A DNA stretch of 64,000 nt from Kondoa subrosea (Eukaryota), in the NCBI GenBank assembly GCA_039545335.1, contig BCIN01000001.1:4067347-4131346 (forward strand), read 5' to 3'. Numbering within the stretch: the stretch's first letter is position 1; each line of letters begins with the position of its first letter. This document shows, piece by piece, positions 53,010-64,000 of the stretch. Both the position numbers and the translations under genes were made by a program. The notes below the pieces were generated by a model that did no database searches, had not been told where the DNA came from, and worked only from the letters and a program-made list of their open reading frames with translations.

Positions 53010-55921
53010 CTATTCATTGAGCGCGAGCGAATCCACAATCACTTGGTTGATGATGTCCATCCGGCCGCCAAACTCAGCACGAAGATAAGAAGATCTCTCT
53101 ACCGTAGTCCACGAAAGAAGCTGCTCAACCTGAAAACTCATTAGAGGAATCAGGTGACGCGAGGGAAAGCACTCACACCAACCGCAGCTGCCAGCCATTG
53201 CGCACCGAAACATGACACGCCTTGAATCTGTTCTAAATAAATTGCATCCTGTAGACACCGTAAGAAGCAGCTTACTTGTCGAATGCTCGACTTACCTCAA
53301 ACACCTGATCCGATAGCCAGGTTCGATCATCCGCCCAAGAGCTAAGTACGCCTTCTTGTACATTCTCAATACGCTGATCTACCATCTGCCTTACGGTCTG
53401 AACAGCTTGAACTGAAGAAGAGGCATATTTGACCTCAAGCGTAGCAGGAAGATTACTCAAATGAGCTTGCAATGTTTGCAGAGCTTGCGAGAGCGGGGGT
53501 GTGACATCAAAGGCCTTCTCTTGCTTGCTTGATAGGTAAAGCTCAAAGATGATGATCAAAGTGCTGTAGTCAGAGCAAAAAGAATGCAGAACGCCAGCTA
53601 ACGCTTCTTCTTGACCTGGAAGCTTGATCAAGCGATAGAAGAGAATTGCTGTGGTAGAGTCTATGACTAGATCCGGTTCAAGGATACCGCTTGAGCCGTT
53701 ATCTTCGGGCACATCAGAACTCGATTCGACAAGCTCAATACCGAAAGATGGAAATTTCGACATCAACATTGTGTTTTGGACAAGGCGAAGTGATGCAATA
53801 CATCGGACGTTGGTGAAAGTAGGCGGCTGTGCTGACTGAACGGAAGTCGCAGGGGACTTCGAAGCACTTTCATCTCTGGTTACGTCAAGATTTACAGGCG
53901 TATCCGCTTGCTTGAACGATGAAGAAGGTGAGATGCAAGCCTGTTGTTGTTCCAGTTTTGCTCTACCACGCGCATTCATGAAAGCATTGAGACGAGCTTT
54001 ATTTGGCATCTTCTGATCCAGTTTTGTCTCGTTCCGACGAGCCTCGGAAACGACTGACAACCACTCTTCTTGATCATCTGCTTCTTGATTAGCCATTTTT
54101 CGAAATGGCTTTGGCTTTGCAGATGGTACTTCAACAACATCGTTAGAAAACAGAGAAGGTTCAGATGACATGTCTCTTTCTTCCTGCTCTTCCAGTACCT
54201 GGTCAATCGATTCATCATATCTAAGCGAGGATTGTAGGCTCAAGCTGAGAGTGGGGCTAGCTGGATGAAGCTCTTCCAATGAAAGGTAGTCGACCTCTAA
54301 TACCTCGATCGCTTCTTCATCTGCTTTCGAGTCCAGAAGCTGACCTAATACTTGATCCTGCTCCACCTTTTCTAACAAGAGCGAAGCATCTTTTGCTGGG
54401 CTACAAGAATCGAGCAAATCATTTTTGACATCAAGCAATTCTTCCATTTCCGTAGCTTCCGAAAACGTGATCGGTGTCCAGTGAAGAGTCAGATTGAGGT
54501 TCTTTCCCTTCGCTTTAGGTAAGTTGAGGTTAGATTCAGGATCAACCAAATCTTGCACATCAATTGCTGCCGACAGAGACCTGAAAGCAGGTAATTTCGG
54601 TACTGCGAAAGAATATGATGAACGAACCAGTTCAAAGAAAGCACACTCGCCAGGTAGCTTGCCAAGATTTACATTTTCTGCATCAAAAGTTTCTGCCTCG
54701 AGTAGCTTGTGCAATCCCGCAGCTTCGGCAAATGACTGCACAGGCATATCTGACACTTCGTGTAGAAGAGGCTCATACTCTTCTGCCAACAGATCAAAGG
54801 CAGTCTCCATGCCTTCTTCCCTTCAAGAGCAGCTTGAGCCAAGTCAATAACTCGCTGAATTGCTACTTACATGCCGGCTTGATCAGAATGTTGACGTCTG
54901 TCTGCTCTTCTTAGAGCATCAAGCAGATTCTCAGAGCCATTAGATCGATTTCGAGGGAAAAGCATGGGTTCCAATTTAATCTGTTCTACCGGGATTGGCA
55001 TTGGAGTTGGAGAGAGACTCGAGCTAAACGCATTCGAACGGTTTTGAGATTGTTGCTGATCATAATTAGGAGGAGTCTGTAGATTTCTAATATTCTCCCA
55101 ACGATTCAATACTTCGGTCGGCAACAAAGCATTGCTAGATCGCCTTGGCGGTGTGAGAGGGGAGAAAGTAGCAGACAATGAGAGTTCTGAAGGCTCATCT
55201 AAAGGTTCGCGAGGAAACATGGGCGGCGATAAGTACGGCGCGCAATGCATCTTGAGGAGCATCTCAGTTAACAGGAAAGTCGAAAATAGCTAGTGCTTAC
55301 ATCCTCAAGATCAAAGAGATCTTCTTCTTCTTCATGGGAAGCAGAAGCAGCGTTCTTCCTTGTTTGCGATGCTTTAGTATACTCTTCACGTATGCGACTC
55401 AATTCCTCTCGCGTAGCGCTAAAGCTGATCTGGATCAGTTCATCTACCGTAGGCCGTTCCTCTTCAGCAGCTAAACATCGCTCCTCTAGATCCAACATGT
55501 CCATTTCCTCAAGCGTATTACCCAAAAGAGCAAAAGTAGATTTGGGTCGCAAGCTCATGGATCTCTTATCCGCTTTCATCGCTTTTCTTGTCTGAACAAA
55601 GTCTTCCTTGAGACGCGAGGGAATGGACAAGCTCGGAATATGTTCTTCATCTTGCCAATCCTTCAACTTCAAGCGAAGGTGCTGCGCTGAAACGCTCTTG
55701 ACGAGACTAGCGACTGCTTTCTTCTGCTCAGCGGTCAGATACCAGTCCTCCTTGTACTCTGGCACAGGAGATGACAGCAGGCATCGCTTTGAGAATTGAG
55801 AAACAGTTTCCAGCAAACTTGGGTCCGGTAGCTCAAATCCATCGTTCAAGACAGTAAGCAGGACATCAGGATGATCCAGAGGTGCGATCAGAGAGTGATG
55901 GATCATATAAAGGTAGTCCAT
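53010..55921 (-). CDS. Probable meiotic Zip2/SHOC1-like protein with C-terminal XPF/ERCC4-like domain
   Basis: A long acidic/disordered N-region, then RCIASLRLVQN..GIELVE..EPDLVIDSTTAILF..YSTLIIIFE and an HhH-like tail (QIQGVSCFGAQWL; EQLLSWTTVER). The catalytic ERK motif is absent. Confidence 0.5.
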
Positions 55922-56099
55922 CTTTCGCGGTGTCGAGACGACCAGGCGTTACCTTCAAATCGCATTCTGTTTGGTGTCCGCAAGTCAGCGCAAGTAAGTA
56001 AGGTATGGAAATCTCTCAAGAGCAGCACTCTTGAGTCTTCTGTCGTCTGGATCCCTGATCGATATCATTGCCTTGTACAGTTATGCATGTTTCTAATCG

Positions 56100-56115
56100 A
56101 GCATTACGTAATGCT
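56100..56115. promoter_or_regulatory. Perfect 16-bp palindrome AGCATTACGTAATGCT (bZIP-type TTACGTAA core)
   Basis: Read directly from the sequence, about 180 bp upstream of the Zip2-like start. Confidence 0.4.
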
Positions 56116-56935
56116 ACCATAATATTCGTATTCCCTAGAAATGGATGCACATCTCTGCCTTTCTCTTGTCGTTCTCTATGACGAGTCGCTGACCAGGGCT
56201 AAAGGCAATACTTGATATCAAAATCAAGGTCGTGATCCTTCAACCACTAGGCCCAACGAAAACCATGGCATTTGACCAGCTATGTCCAGGGATGCAGTCT
56301 AGCTGCAAGTATGTCCGAAATCGAGAGAGTTAGTCTCGACTCGTCCCTTTCGGGCCCAGCAATCGCAGCATTTGCCCAGTATCTCGTCGTTTGCGACCCG
56401 TTAAGGAAAAGAGAAGAGACTGAGAAAAAATTAGGAAGGACACTCTCCTCAGGCACGCAAAATATACCACGAGAAATGGCTGAACTGGGACCGTGACTGG
56501 AAACAATCCCAGTGGAAATCGGTATTGAGACCATGACCACAGAGCGTTAAAACTCGATAACGAGACGTGGGTACACCAGAGGGCAGATCAGGCGGCTAGA
56601 AACCAGCAGAAAAGCAGAGATGAAGAAAGAAGCAAGCAGATGCGCGAGACATGAGGGTATCCAACAAAGGAGCACAGCGAAAAACACAACGTTCAGAATC
56701 CGCTTTAGTAGCTCGGTGTAGCTGGAGCTTTGGTATTGGCGAGCGCAAAAACGAAGAATTGGCTTTGCCTGAGCCAAATTGTGCAATGAGACGCATCGCG
56801 CGTCACTGGAAGAATCTAGAGAAACTCGACAGATTAGCCTAGAACATTGTATCACCGCACGCAAACGAAATAGATAGCATTACATTACAGATACAGGACT
56901 TACAGATCATACAGTACAACCGAGCGAGCTAGATA

Positions 56936-57732
56936 TTAGCTTGGAATATGACCGTCGATGATATAGAGAACACCGTCAGAAGTTTCCATTCGCCTTTAGT
57001 CGTTGTCAGTATTCTGATTCATACCCTGATACAACGACTCACTTCTTGATGATCAATGAGCCGTTTACGCTCACTTGCTGCCAATCATCCCCGTCATTTC
57101 GAATCCTTCTGAGCTCCAGCTTTTGCTCGCTAGCCAGCGTATCAAGTAGCACTACATCTTCCCCTTCACTTGTCAATTCCGCCAGGCCCGCAACGATGTA
57201 TGATGAAACCCTATAACAATAGTCAGAACATATCACCATTGATAGCGACGCCAGCTTACCATTCCTCCAAAGCCTTTGCTTGCGATTTCTCATGATCTAA
57301 CGCTGATAATGTCTCTGCATCTGCTGGTGCTCGCTGATGCGGTGGATGTGCCATAGAAAGGATTGCAGAATTGGTAGGAGCGAATCTGGTGTTCTCATCA
57401 GACCCTTTACAATCGTATGGAGGACAGCAACGAACATGGAAGACTTCAGAGCCGGCGTTAAGAGCCTCGTAGTAATCTTGTTCGACTCTCGTCTGTTATG
57501 CGGATCAAGTCAGGACATATAATAGAAATCGCAGACTGAGCACGAACAGATATGAAGCATAGACAGAGATCTCATTCGATACAGTTAATAGGTCATTGAG
57601 CGCAGGGCCGGAGGCAGAGGCTGGGTTGAATCCTTCTGTTGGCTTGACGAATGGCATTTGCTGCGCTTGGGAGCTTGCTACAGCGGTAGAGAGGGAGGCC
57701 GCGAATAAGAGAAAGCTTCGTGCAGCTCGCAT
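56936..57732 (-). CDS. Small secreted fasciclin (FAS1) domain protein
   Basis: Signal peptide MRAARSFLLFAASLSTAVA, H1 motif SIFAPTNSAI (after splicing) and H2 motif TSDGVLYIIDG. Confidence 0.8.
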
Positions 57733-57840
57733 TGCTGGTATTAGTAAGGTATAGTTTCGAGACAACAAGCTGACAACCTTAAAATCGCAGAGCAGCTCAT
57801 TGACATGTTGTTACAAAATATTACATCTACTAAAAGAAGC

Positions 57841-60800
57841 TCAGAGAGCCATCTCATTGAGCCAGGATTCGAATTTCCTTCTGCGCTCTATTTCCAATGC
57901 TTCTTCTTCATTTGCGGAATCTGATGCCTTCTGCTTGCGATAGAGGTAATCGCCCGTCTTCGCTACGAAGAACAGTCGGAAGCTGTTCAGACCAATCTTG
58001 ACTTCTAAATCCGTGTTCGCTTCAACAGGTCCTGCAGAGTTCATAGTCGCCAATCGACGATTTCTTGTTAAGGTGAGCCAAGAATCTCAGATCAAGGACA
58101 CAAGGACACCTACCGCTTGAGGATTGGAGCGTTGACTTGAGACTGAATGCCTTCGGTTTGTGTTGGAAGAACATAGCTGGACGCATAATATTCGAAGCGT
58201 TGCTCAGGTGTTCGCAAAACATCGTCTAATGTTTGATCGCTTTGACCTAGTAGCTGAAGCACCAGGACTTGAGCTTCTGGTAACTATTGATCCCGTGAAT
58301 TAGCAAAGTTTTTGACCATAGACGTGACACAGCTTACCCATTCAATCCGGTAAAGGTATTCATCATCAACTGAAGCTGCTTCCGCTTCCAGTCTGTAGGT
58401 AATCTGCTGCTTGATCGTTGTCTGCTGTATACTTCGATCTTTCTCAAGCAGAAGCATAAGATCTTGACACTTCGAGTCAGCGTTAATAGTGTGAGTCTAT
58501 TCTAAAGGTCAGCTGAAGGGAGCGGTACAGCAGAAGGTACACACATGTTTGATAAGAGCAGCTATAAGTTTATCGATAGTGAAAAGAGGAAAAGCCTTCG
58601 TGCCCCACATGTAGCGTAAATGCTCTTCGAAGTTGTTCTGATCCATGTCAGTATCGAAAAGCCGCTCGCACAGATCGAGAGTATGGTCATAGTATTGCGA
58701 AGGAGGTGAAGTACCCGCTACATTAGGAATGTCGATGATGGGAAGAGGTTGAGCTAGACCAAGATCCACGGCAAGCGGATTCAAGCGAGGTGCTTTTTCT
58801 CGTTGAGCAATTAGATCGGCAGCCGCATTCTTGACCGTAGATAGGCGATGATATAGCAGCTGTATACACTGTCAGTCCGAGTCTATGATATTTGCGAATT
58901 AGCCTTACATGGAAAGTTCTTATCAAGCAGTAGAAAGTGAGATTGGTGTAGAAATTATAACGTCGACCATCAGTCTCGATGGGTTTATCGGGAACAGCTG
59001 AATCGTCCTTGGTTGGCGACCCATGCCGCAGTTTCTGTTTCGTGTCCGGCCATGGCACTGTACTCGCTTGTATCCAGCTTTCGACATCTTTTTTTGACGT
59101 AGAAGCTTCTGATGTTGATATGCCGTTCAAGGCAGCTTCAGGATTCGGTGTGGATCCAGCTGCTTTGGCAGTAGTATGAGAGTGGGAAAGCAAACGCCGT
59201 CGAAGATCTGCCGCAACAGCTTTGGGTCCGGAACGTGCTCTCGGTGTCGATGATCCGTTAGTCATATCTTCATCTCTTGAGCCAGCCTCGCTCCCTTCAG
59301 CTTCGGATTCGACATCATCATCTTCATCATGATGCTTCAATACGAGGGCACCGAGAACAGCCTCCATTTCTTGCCGAGGTATATTGAAGACCATTGATAC
59401 AAAAAGACGTAGGAAGCCTTCAACTCTTTCTCTTTCAGGCGAAGAGAAGCCAGAATTGGGTCGATCAAGGAAAGCGAACGTGAGGCGCAAAACATCGAAA
59501 ATCACAGACCGGTCATCCATCTTCAATTCAAATTGATGCCGTGAGCGATCTGTTCTAGCCATATCGAGCTCTGAGATCTCTTCCCCAGCTGCAACTCTCT
59601 TCTGCTGTTGATCTGCTCGAAGTTGCTCGATCTCGCTAACAAAGGATTTTGAAGTGATGGTCTTTTTATCGTTGACCTTGAAAGTACCACCTTGATGATC
59701 TAAACTGCGATAGTAATTCTTGACATCAACTTCTCGCCAGACTTTGTTCCAATCCTTCAGTGCGCGTTTCCAGTCTTGGTCTTTCTGCTTCATTCGACCG
59801 ATGATGATTGGCACAGATACAGATGGATTGTCGTAGAAAGCGTTGATAACCTCAAGAGCATGATCCGTTCGTGTTCCTGACGCAGCACCAAGAGCATCGC
59901 TTCCATAAATTTTGCGAATAGCTTTTTCGATTACGCTCACTGATGAGCCATTAAAACCAGGATAGATCTTGTAGGCTGCCTTCTCATCAGCGTCCATGAG
60001 TTTTAGCTTGATTGCTATAGGTTCAAGCAAAGCAATCGCTCTTCGATTGGTCTCGATCACTACACTGAACCAATGGCGTTCTTGCTCAGATGCTGCTAAG
60101 GCTTCTTCACTCATGTTCTTTTTGTGTGCTCCAGATCCTTCAGAAGCCTGTCAAGAAGAGCCTACCTAATGAGTTCGAAGCTCAAATGGAACGACAAATT
60201 CCTGACCCAAGTAGCATGCGCGACCCAATCATCATTCAGGACACTCCAGCACAACGCATCTCTTCCAGAACAAGCGAGTTCCACTTCCGACTCTGGTAAT
60301 TTCTTGTAGCTCGGTCCTTGACTAGGTAAAGTATTCAAATCAATTCTCGGACGATCCAAAGCATCCAAATTCTCAATCATCCATTCTTCTCCGTCCACTA
60401 ATCCATCTCTAGTGATATCCCATCCTACCAAAGCTTTGAAATCGGCAAAAAGTTCTTCGTTGGAATAAAGAAAGAGGTAAGCTTTTTCCATTAGGACAGG
60501 TAATTTGATAAGATCATGAGCGAAAAGGTTCAGCAGTTTTAAGAATTCTTGAAAGACATCTTTATCGTCCAACATGTGTTTCTTTGCTCTTTCGAAGAAA
60601 CCCAATTCTTCAATAGTCACCAGAGTCTGACCGGGTAATCCATGCGCGTTCTTCGGGTAAGGTGAAGCTGGTAGACCGCTAGTAGGTGGTGAAAGCATAG
60701 GAGGAGAAATATCTCTGTTAGCTGAAGATTTTCCACCTCTTCCTCTACCACGACCCGAGTTGATGCTTCTTCCTTTAGCTGTTGTACTACCAGTTGCTTC

Positions 60801-62253
60801 GAGCCCTTTCTTCCTTCTTTTATCTTCTTGACTTTGAGCAGCAGCAGTCAAGCTTGATGCACCACTAGCAGCTGTACTCGCTCCTCCTCCTATTCGAGGT
60901 TTCTTTTTACCAGGCTGACCAGCTAAACTAGCACTCGCGCTTCTTTTATCGGCTGCTTGAGGAAAAGAAGGTAAAGGTGGAGCACCACCACCTAAAGCTG
61001 AAGGACCGTTTGAGTTTTCGGGTAAGAATTGTTTAAACTCATCAAGTAGATCAGGAGCGGAAGCGAAAAGGGTAGTAACTTGAGCATAAACTTCTTGAAT
61101 CGGTCTTTGTTCTTTCTGATAAGTTTGCAAAATTTCCAAGAAAACTTTGTAGGTCGAAGGATCACCAGCGAATCGAGTTTTGATCTTGTTTACGTAATTG
61201 ATGGCATGGTTAAATTCGACTGGAGGTCGTTGAGCGATACCTAAGATTGAAGCTGCACCTGGCGTAGCGCCGACATTGCCCGCAGTAGATGGCGGAGGAC
61301 CGAGATTGGAAGGGGGAGCAGCTGAATTTGGTGCATATGGACCTGCTCAAGAATGAGTACGAATTTGGCAGGCAGAAAGGCTGCATTTACCAGATTCCGG
61401 TATTGTAGGGTTGCTAGACGTACTAGCTACCGGTGCTGAAGCGGTGGTCACTGGAACACTTGGAGGAACAGAAGCAGGTTGAGCTTGAGCGGGTCTGTTT
61501 TCGCCTTGACCTGTTACTTGATCGTTTGTTCCGCCGAGCTGAGTGTGAGTAGTGGTACCGCTTGGCGTAGTGACAGTGATTAAGTCCGGTTCTGACGGAT
61601 TTGTAGAGCATTCTATCCGATAGCCAGGCGGTAGGAAGGTATTGACTGTTTCTGACAATTTCAGCTTCACTATCATACAGCGGGGTACACTTACAGCCTT
61701 CTATCAAGGTAGGATGACCTCTGAAAAGATCAGAAACACGCCTGATGACGGCTGGCGTGTCAATACTGTCAAAGGTGGATGAGCACTAGGAATGTCAAAT
61801 TACCGACAGACGTACGATTGAGTCTTAAAGTCTTTCATGACATCCAAGAACTGATTATACACTTCCGGAGCCCGTGCAAACTTGACTTTGACATCGTCCA
61901 GGTAGGAAAGCGCATCTCTTACATTGAGTTGACCTCTGCAAACCAAGTATTCAAGCAGCTGCAGCATATACGGGCATCAAACTTACCTTGGTGGCGGAGC
62001 AGTTTGTCTGGATGCGGCAGAAGACTAGCATAACATTATCAGATCATCAGCGCGCGGCTTCCATGCCTATCCAAAGCAAAACACTGACTTCTTGAGCTGC
62101 CTGCCTCTGAGGACCACCAGAGTATGCAGGGATATTGCGAGGAGTGTAGGCGTTTCTAGCTCCAGCTGTCGGACCATTGAGATTGAATGCACTCGAGCTA
62201 TTTGCATTTGCAGGCAGCTGCCCGTTGGCTCTGGATCCTTGAGGTCCTGACAT
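57841..62253 (-). CDS. SIN3: Sin3 corepressor scaffold (PAH domains, HDAC-interacting domain)
   Basis: PAH1 [23 protein letters not shown], PAH2 [29 protein letters not shown]3, [34 protein letters not shown] and FTIDKLI. Confidence 0.95.
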
Positions 62254-62621
62254 AGCTTGCTCCTAGCTTATCCTCAAGCAGACTGGGTATAATGCTGTGC
62301 TGGATCTAGCCCTATGACTGTTGCAAATCAACCGATGTTGCTTTTCTACGTCGACAGCGCTTGGAAGAGAGATCTCGCTCTTGGAAGTCTGTGATATACT
62401 CTGAGTACACGCTTATACCACATCCATCTTGGCTTGTATAACGTGGACCCGAATCTATCCTTTGTCAAATACTGGAGCGCTCTTTCTTTTGAGCTCTGTT
62501 GGACCTGCCTCGCTCTGGCTGTGCTCGGTGTCTGATTGCTCTCTGTTGATCATTGGTGAGCTGTTCTATGTCTGAGCCATTGCTGTTGCAATCTCATTGC
62601 CTTGTCGTCTTGTCATACAGT

Positions 62622-64000
62622 ATGGCAGCTGAAGATGAACTCTCACCCAGAGCAACTGCATCGCCTTTACCATCTATCTCTGGGAAAGATCAGAGAAGTC
62701 TAACTGGCTTTCTTCAGCGTCTGACTACTTCCGGCCGAACTCGCTCATCATCAACATTGGGCCATGGGCATCCAGAGAACGCACAAGAACGGCTTCAATC
62801 CATCTTGAACAGCGCTCCAGCTGGGAGAAGACATTCCGCTTCTTCGGATTTATCCAAGAACGTTCTCGCTGCTGCTTCAAGATCGGTTTCTGGTTTATCT
62901 AGTCATTCGCTCGATGCTGCTTACGATACGAAACCTCAAGATGCAATCTCTTTAGACAATGTTTTTCAATCTCTTCAGACTAGTATCAACGAGAAGAGTT
63001 CAGCTTCAAGGAAGATCGAGTTGATCCATCTTTTGAATGAAGCCGTTCGAACACAAGATGAAGGCAATCCAGTCACCATCTGGGTTACTGTTTCTGATCT
63101 CATTAGCGCTTCTGAACCAATCGACGTACGTTTGGCTGCTTTGCAACTACTCGCAACCTGTATCAAAGTATCTCAAGATGCGCCTGCACCTAAATCTGGC
63201 GATCGAATAGTCTTTTATCAAGCCATTAGCAATTATGGAGTGGACTTGAAACAAATGACAGATGTAGAATTGGAAACACTCTGTAAAGCTTTGTTCGAAC
63301 TGTGCAAAGGAGGGAGAAACGTGCATGGATTGGACGATGTGCTGGAATTGCTGTGCAAATGGTCTGGCGAACTCTTCAAGCGGAGACAATTGAAGAGAGA
63401 TCGGATCAAAGAGCATTTCTACAATCAGCCTGCTGGTGTTGGCAAAAAGATGGCCCCTTTGCAAGATCCTTCTTTCAAAACTCCCTTTGTCGTTTCGCCT
63501 ACACCTCTCGAGGTAGAAGAACGAGGCGCTGGCACAAGTTCTCTTTCTCTTATTACCAATATACATAAATTCTCTTGGCCTTACCTCAATGCCGAATCTA
63601 TTTCTTTCGCTACTGCTTACCTCATCGCAGAAGGTTTGGCGACATCGAACGAGCAAGTTGTGTTACTTGTCTTGGAACACATTGACTCCCTAACGGCTTA
63701 CGGCTATGTTCAAACCTCCTATACTGAAAGTGTCGTCCATCTAGTAGCAAGAGTAGTTTCGATCGAAGGTCGAACTTCCGCTATTCAGCTTACCGATGCT
63801 CTCAACAACCCAACTGAACCTTATCTTCGTCCATCTTTACCTGATCTCCCACAAAAAGCAAGACAAGTAATGCATAACCTTCTTCGCTCACCTAACAATC
63901 AAGCACTTCGTTATCTTCGAGCAGCTACTGTTCCACCTTCTAAAAACGATTCAGCAGATATTCAAATCGTTTCTGGTTCCCTTCGTTGTTTAAGACAAGC
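62622..64000 (+). CDS. TSC2: Tuberin (Tsc2) N-terminal HEAT/DUF3384 region, runs off window
   Basis: Open frame from ATG 62622, absent from the ORF track: IWVTVSDLI..DVRLAALQLLATCI..RIVFYQAI..ALFELCKGGRNV..IDSLTAYGYV..ARQVMHNLLRS. Confidence 0.72.
   Translation, partial: MAAEDELSPRATASPLPSISGKDQRSLTGFLQRLTTSGRTRSSSTLGHGHPENAQERLQSILNSAPAGRRHSASSDLSKNVLAAASRSVSGLSSHSLDAAYDTKPQDAISLDNVFQSLQTSINEKSSASRKIELIHLLNEAVRTQDEGNPVTIWVTVSDLISASEPIDVRLAALQLLATCIKVSQDAPAPKSGDRIVFYQAISNYGVDLKQMTDVELETLCKALFELCKGGRNVHGLDDVLELLCKWSGELFKRRQLKRDRIKEHFYNQPAGVGKKMAPLQDPSFKTPFVVSPTPLEVEERGAGTSSLSLITNIHKFSWPYLNAESISFATAYLIAEGLATSNEQVVLLVLEHIDSLTAYGYVQTSYTESVVHLVARVVSIEGRTSAIQLTDALNNPTEPYLRPSLPDLPQKARQVMHNLLRSPNNQALRYLRAATVPPSKNDSADIQIVSGSLRCLRQ

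Noticed and set aside
56110..56280. snR30/U17 on the plus strand (ATATTCGTA ~ m1, AAACCAT = m2)
   Set aside because: m1 is mismatched, no ACA box follows the stem, and G-U pairing favours the opposite strand.
56505..56535. RNase P RNA (CR-V-like CAAUACCGAUU)
   Set aside because: No matching CR-I (GGAAAnUCGGU) upstream on the same strand.

Overview
This is eukaryotic DNA: a compact, intron-rich fungal locus with roughly 45-60 nt GT-AG introns, CTRAC/CTRAY-type branch sites and very short intergenic gaps. It is most consistent with a basidiomycete, though the taxon is inferred, not shown. About 22 spliced protein genes can be reconstructed by hand, in order: a partial FAD amine oxidase, HAT2/RBBP4, SRO7/Lgl, MDM1, DUR3, a secreted GPI-like orphan, a double-GNAT, KRR1, an acidic orphan, ACO1, NBS1, HUT1, two type II membrane paralogs (WSC and CAP ectodomains), MDM12, a LysM-DPBB protein, SUS1, a WOPR (Gti1/Wor1) factor, MAK21, RIA1/EFL1, a Zip2/SHOC1-like protein, a FAS1 protein, SIN3 and partial TSC2. 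The most notable observations are: (1) a single-nucleotide exon in KRR1 (C18572) needed to keep the frame; (2) a box C/D snoRNA (snR74/U27-like, 18S Am28 guide) invisible to the ORF track; (3) tandem paralogs that share a cytoplasmic N-terminus and TM helix but carry different ectodomains; (4) a GNAT gene made by in-frame fusion of two whole-gene copies; (5) a decayed ~1.5 kb segmental duplication; (6) a cluster of TEA/ATTS sites upstream of the WOPR gene; (7) a highly structured non-coding tract upstream of the Zip2-like gene. No rRNA, tRNA, CRISPR array or intact transposon was seen. Gene calls come from recalled family motifs, not database searches, and exon boundaries are manual.
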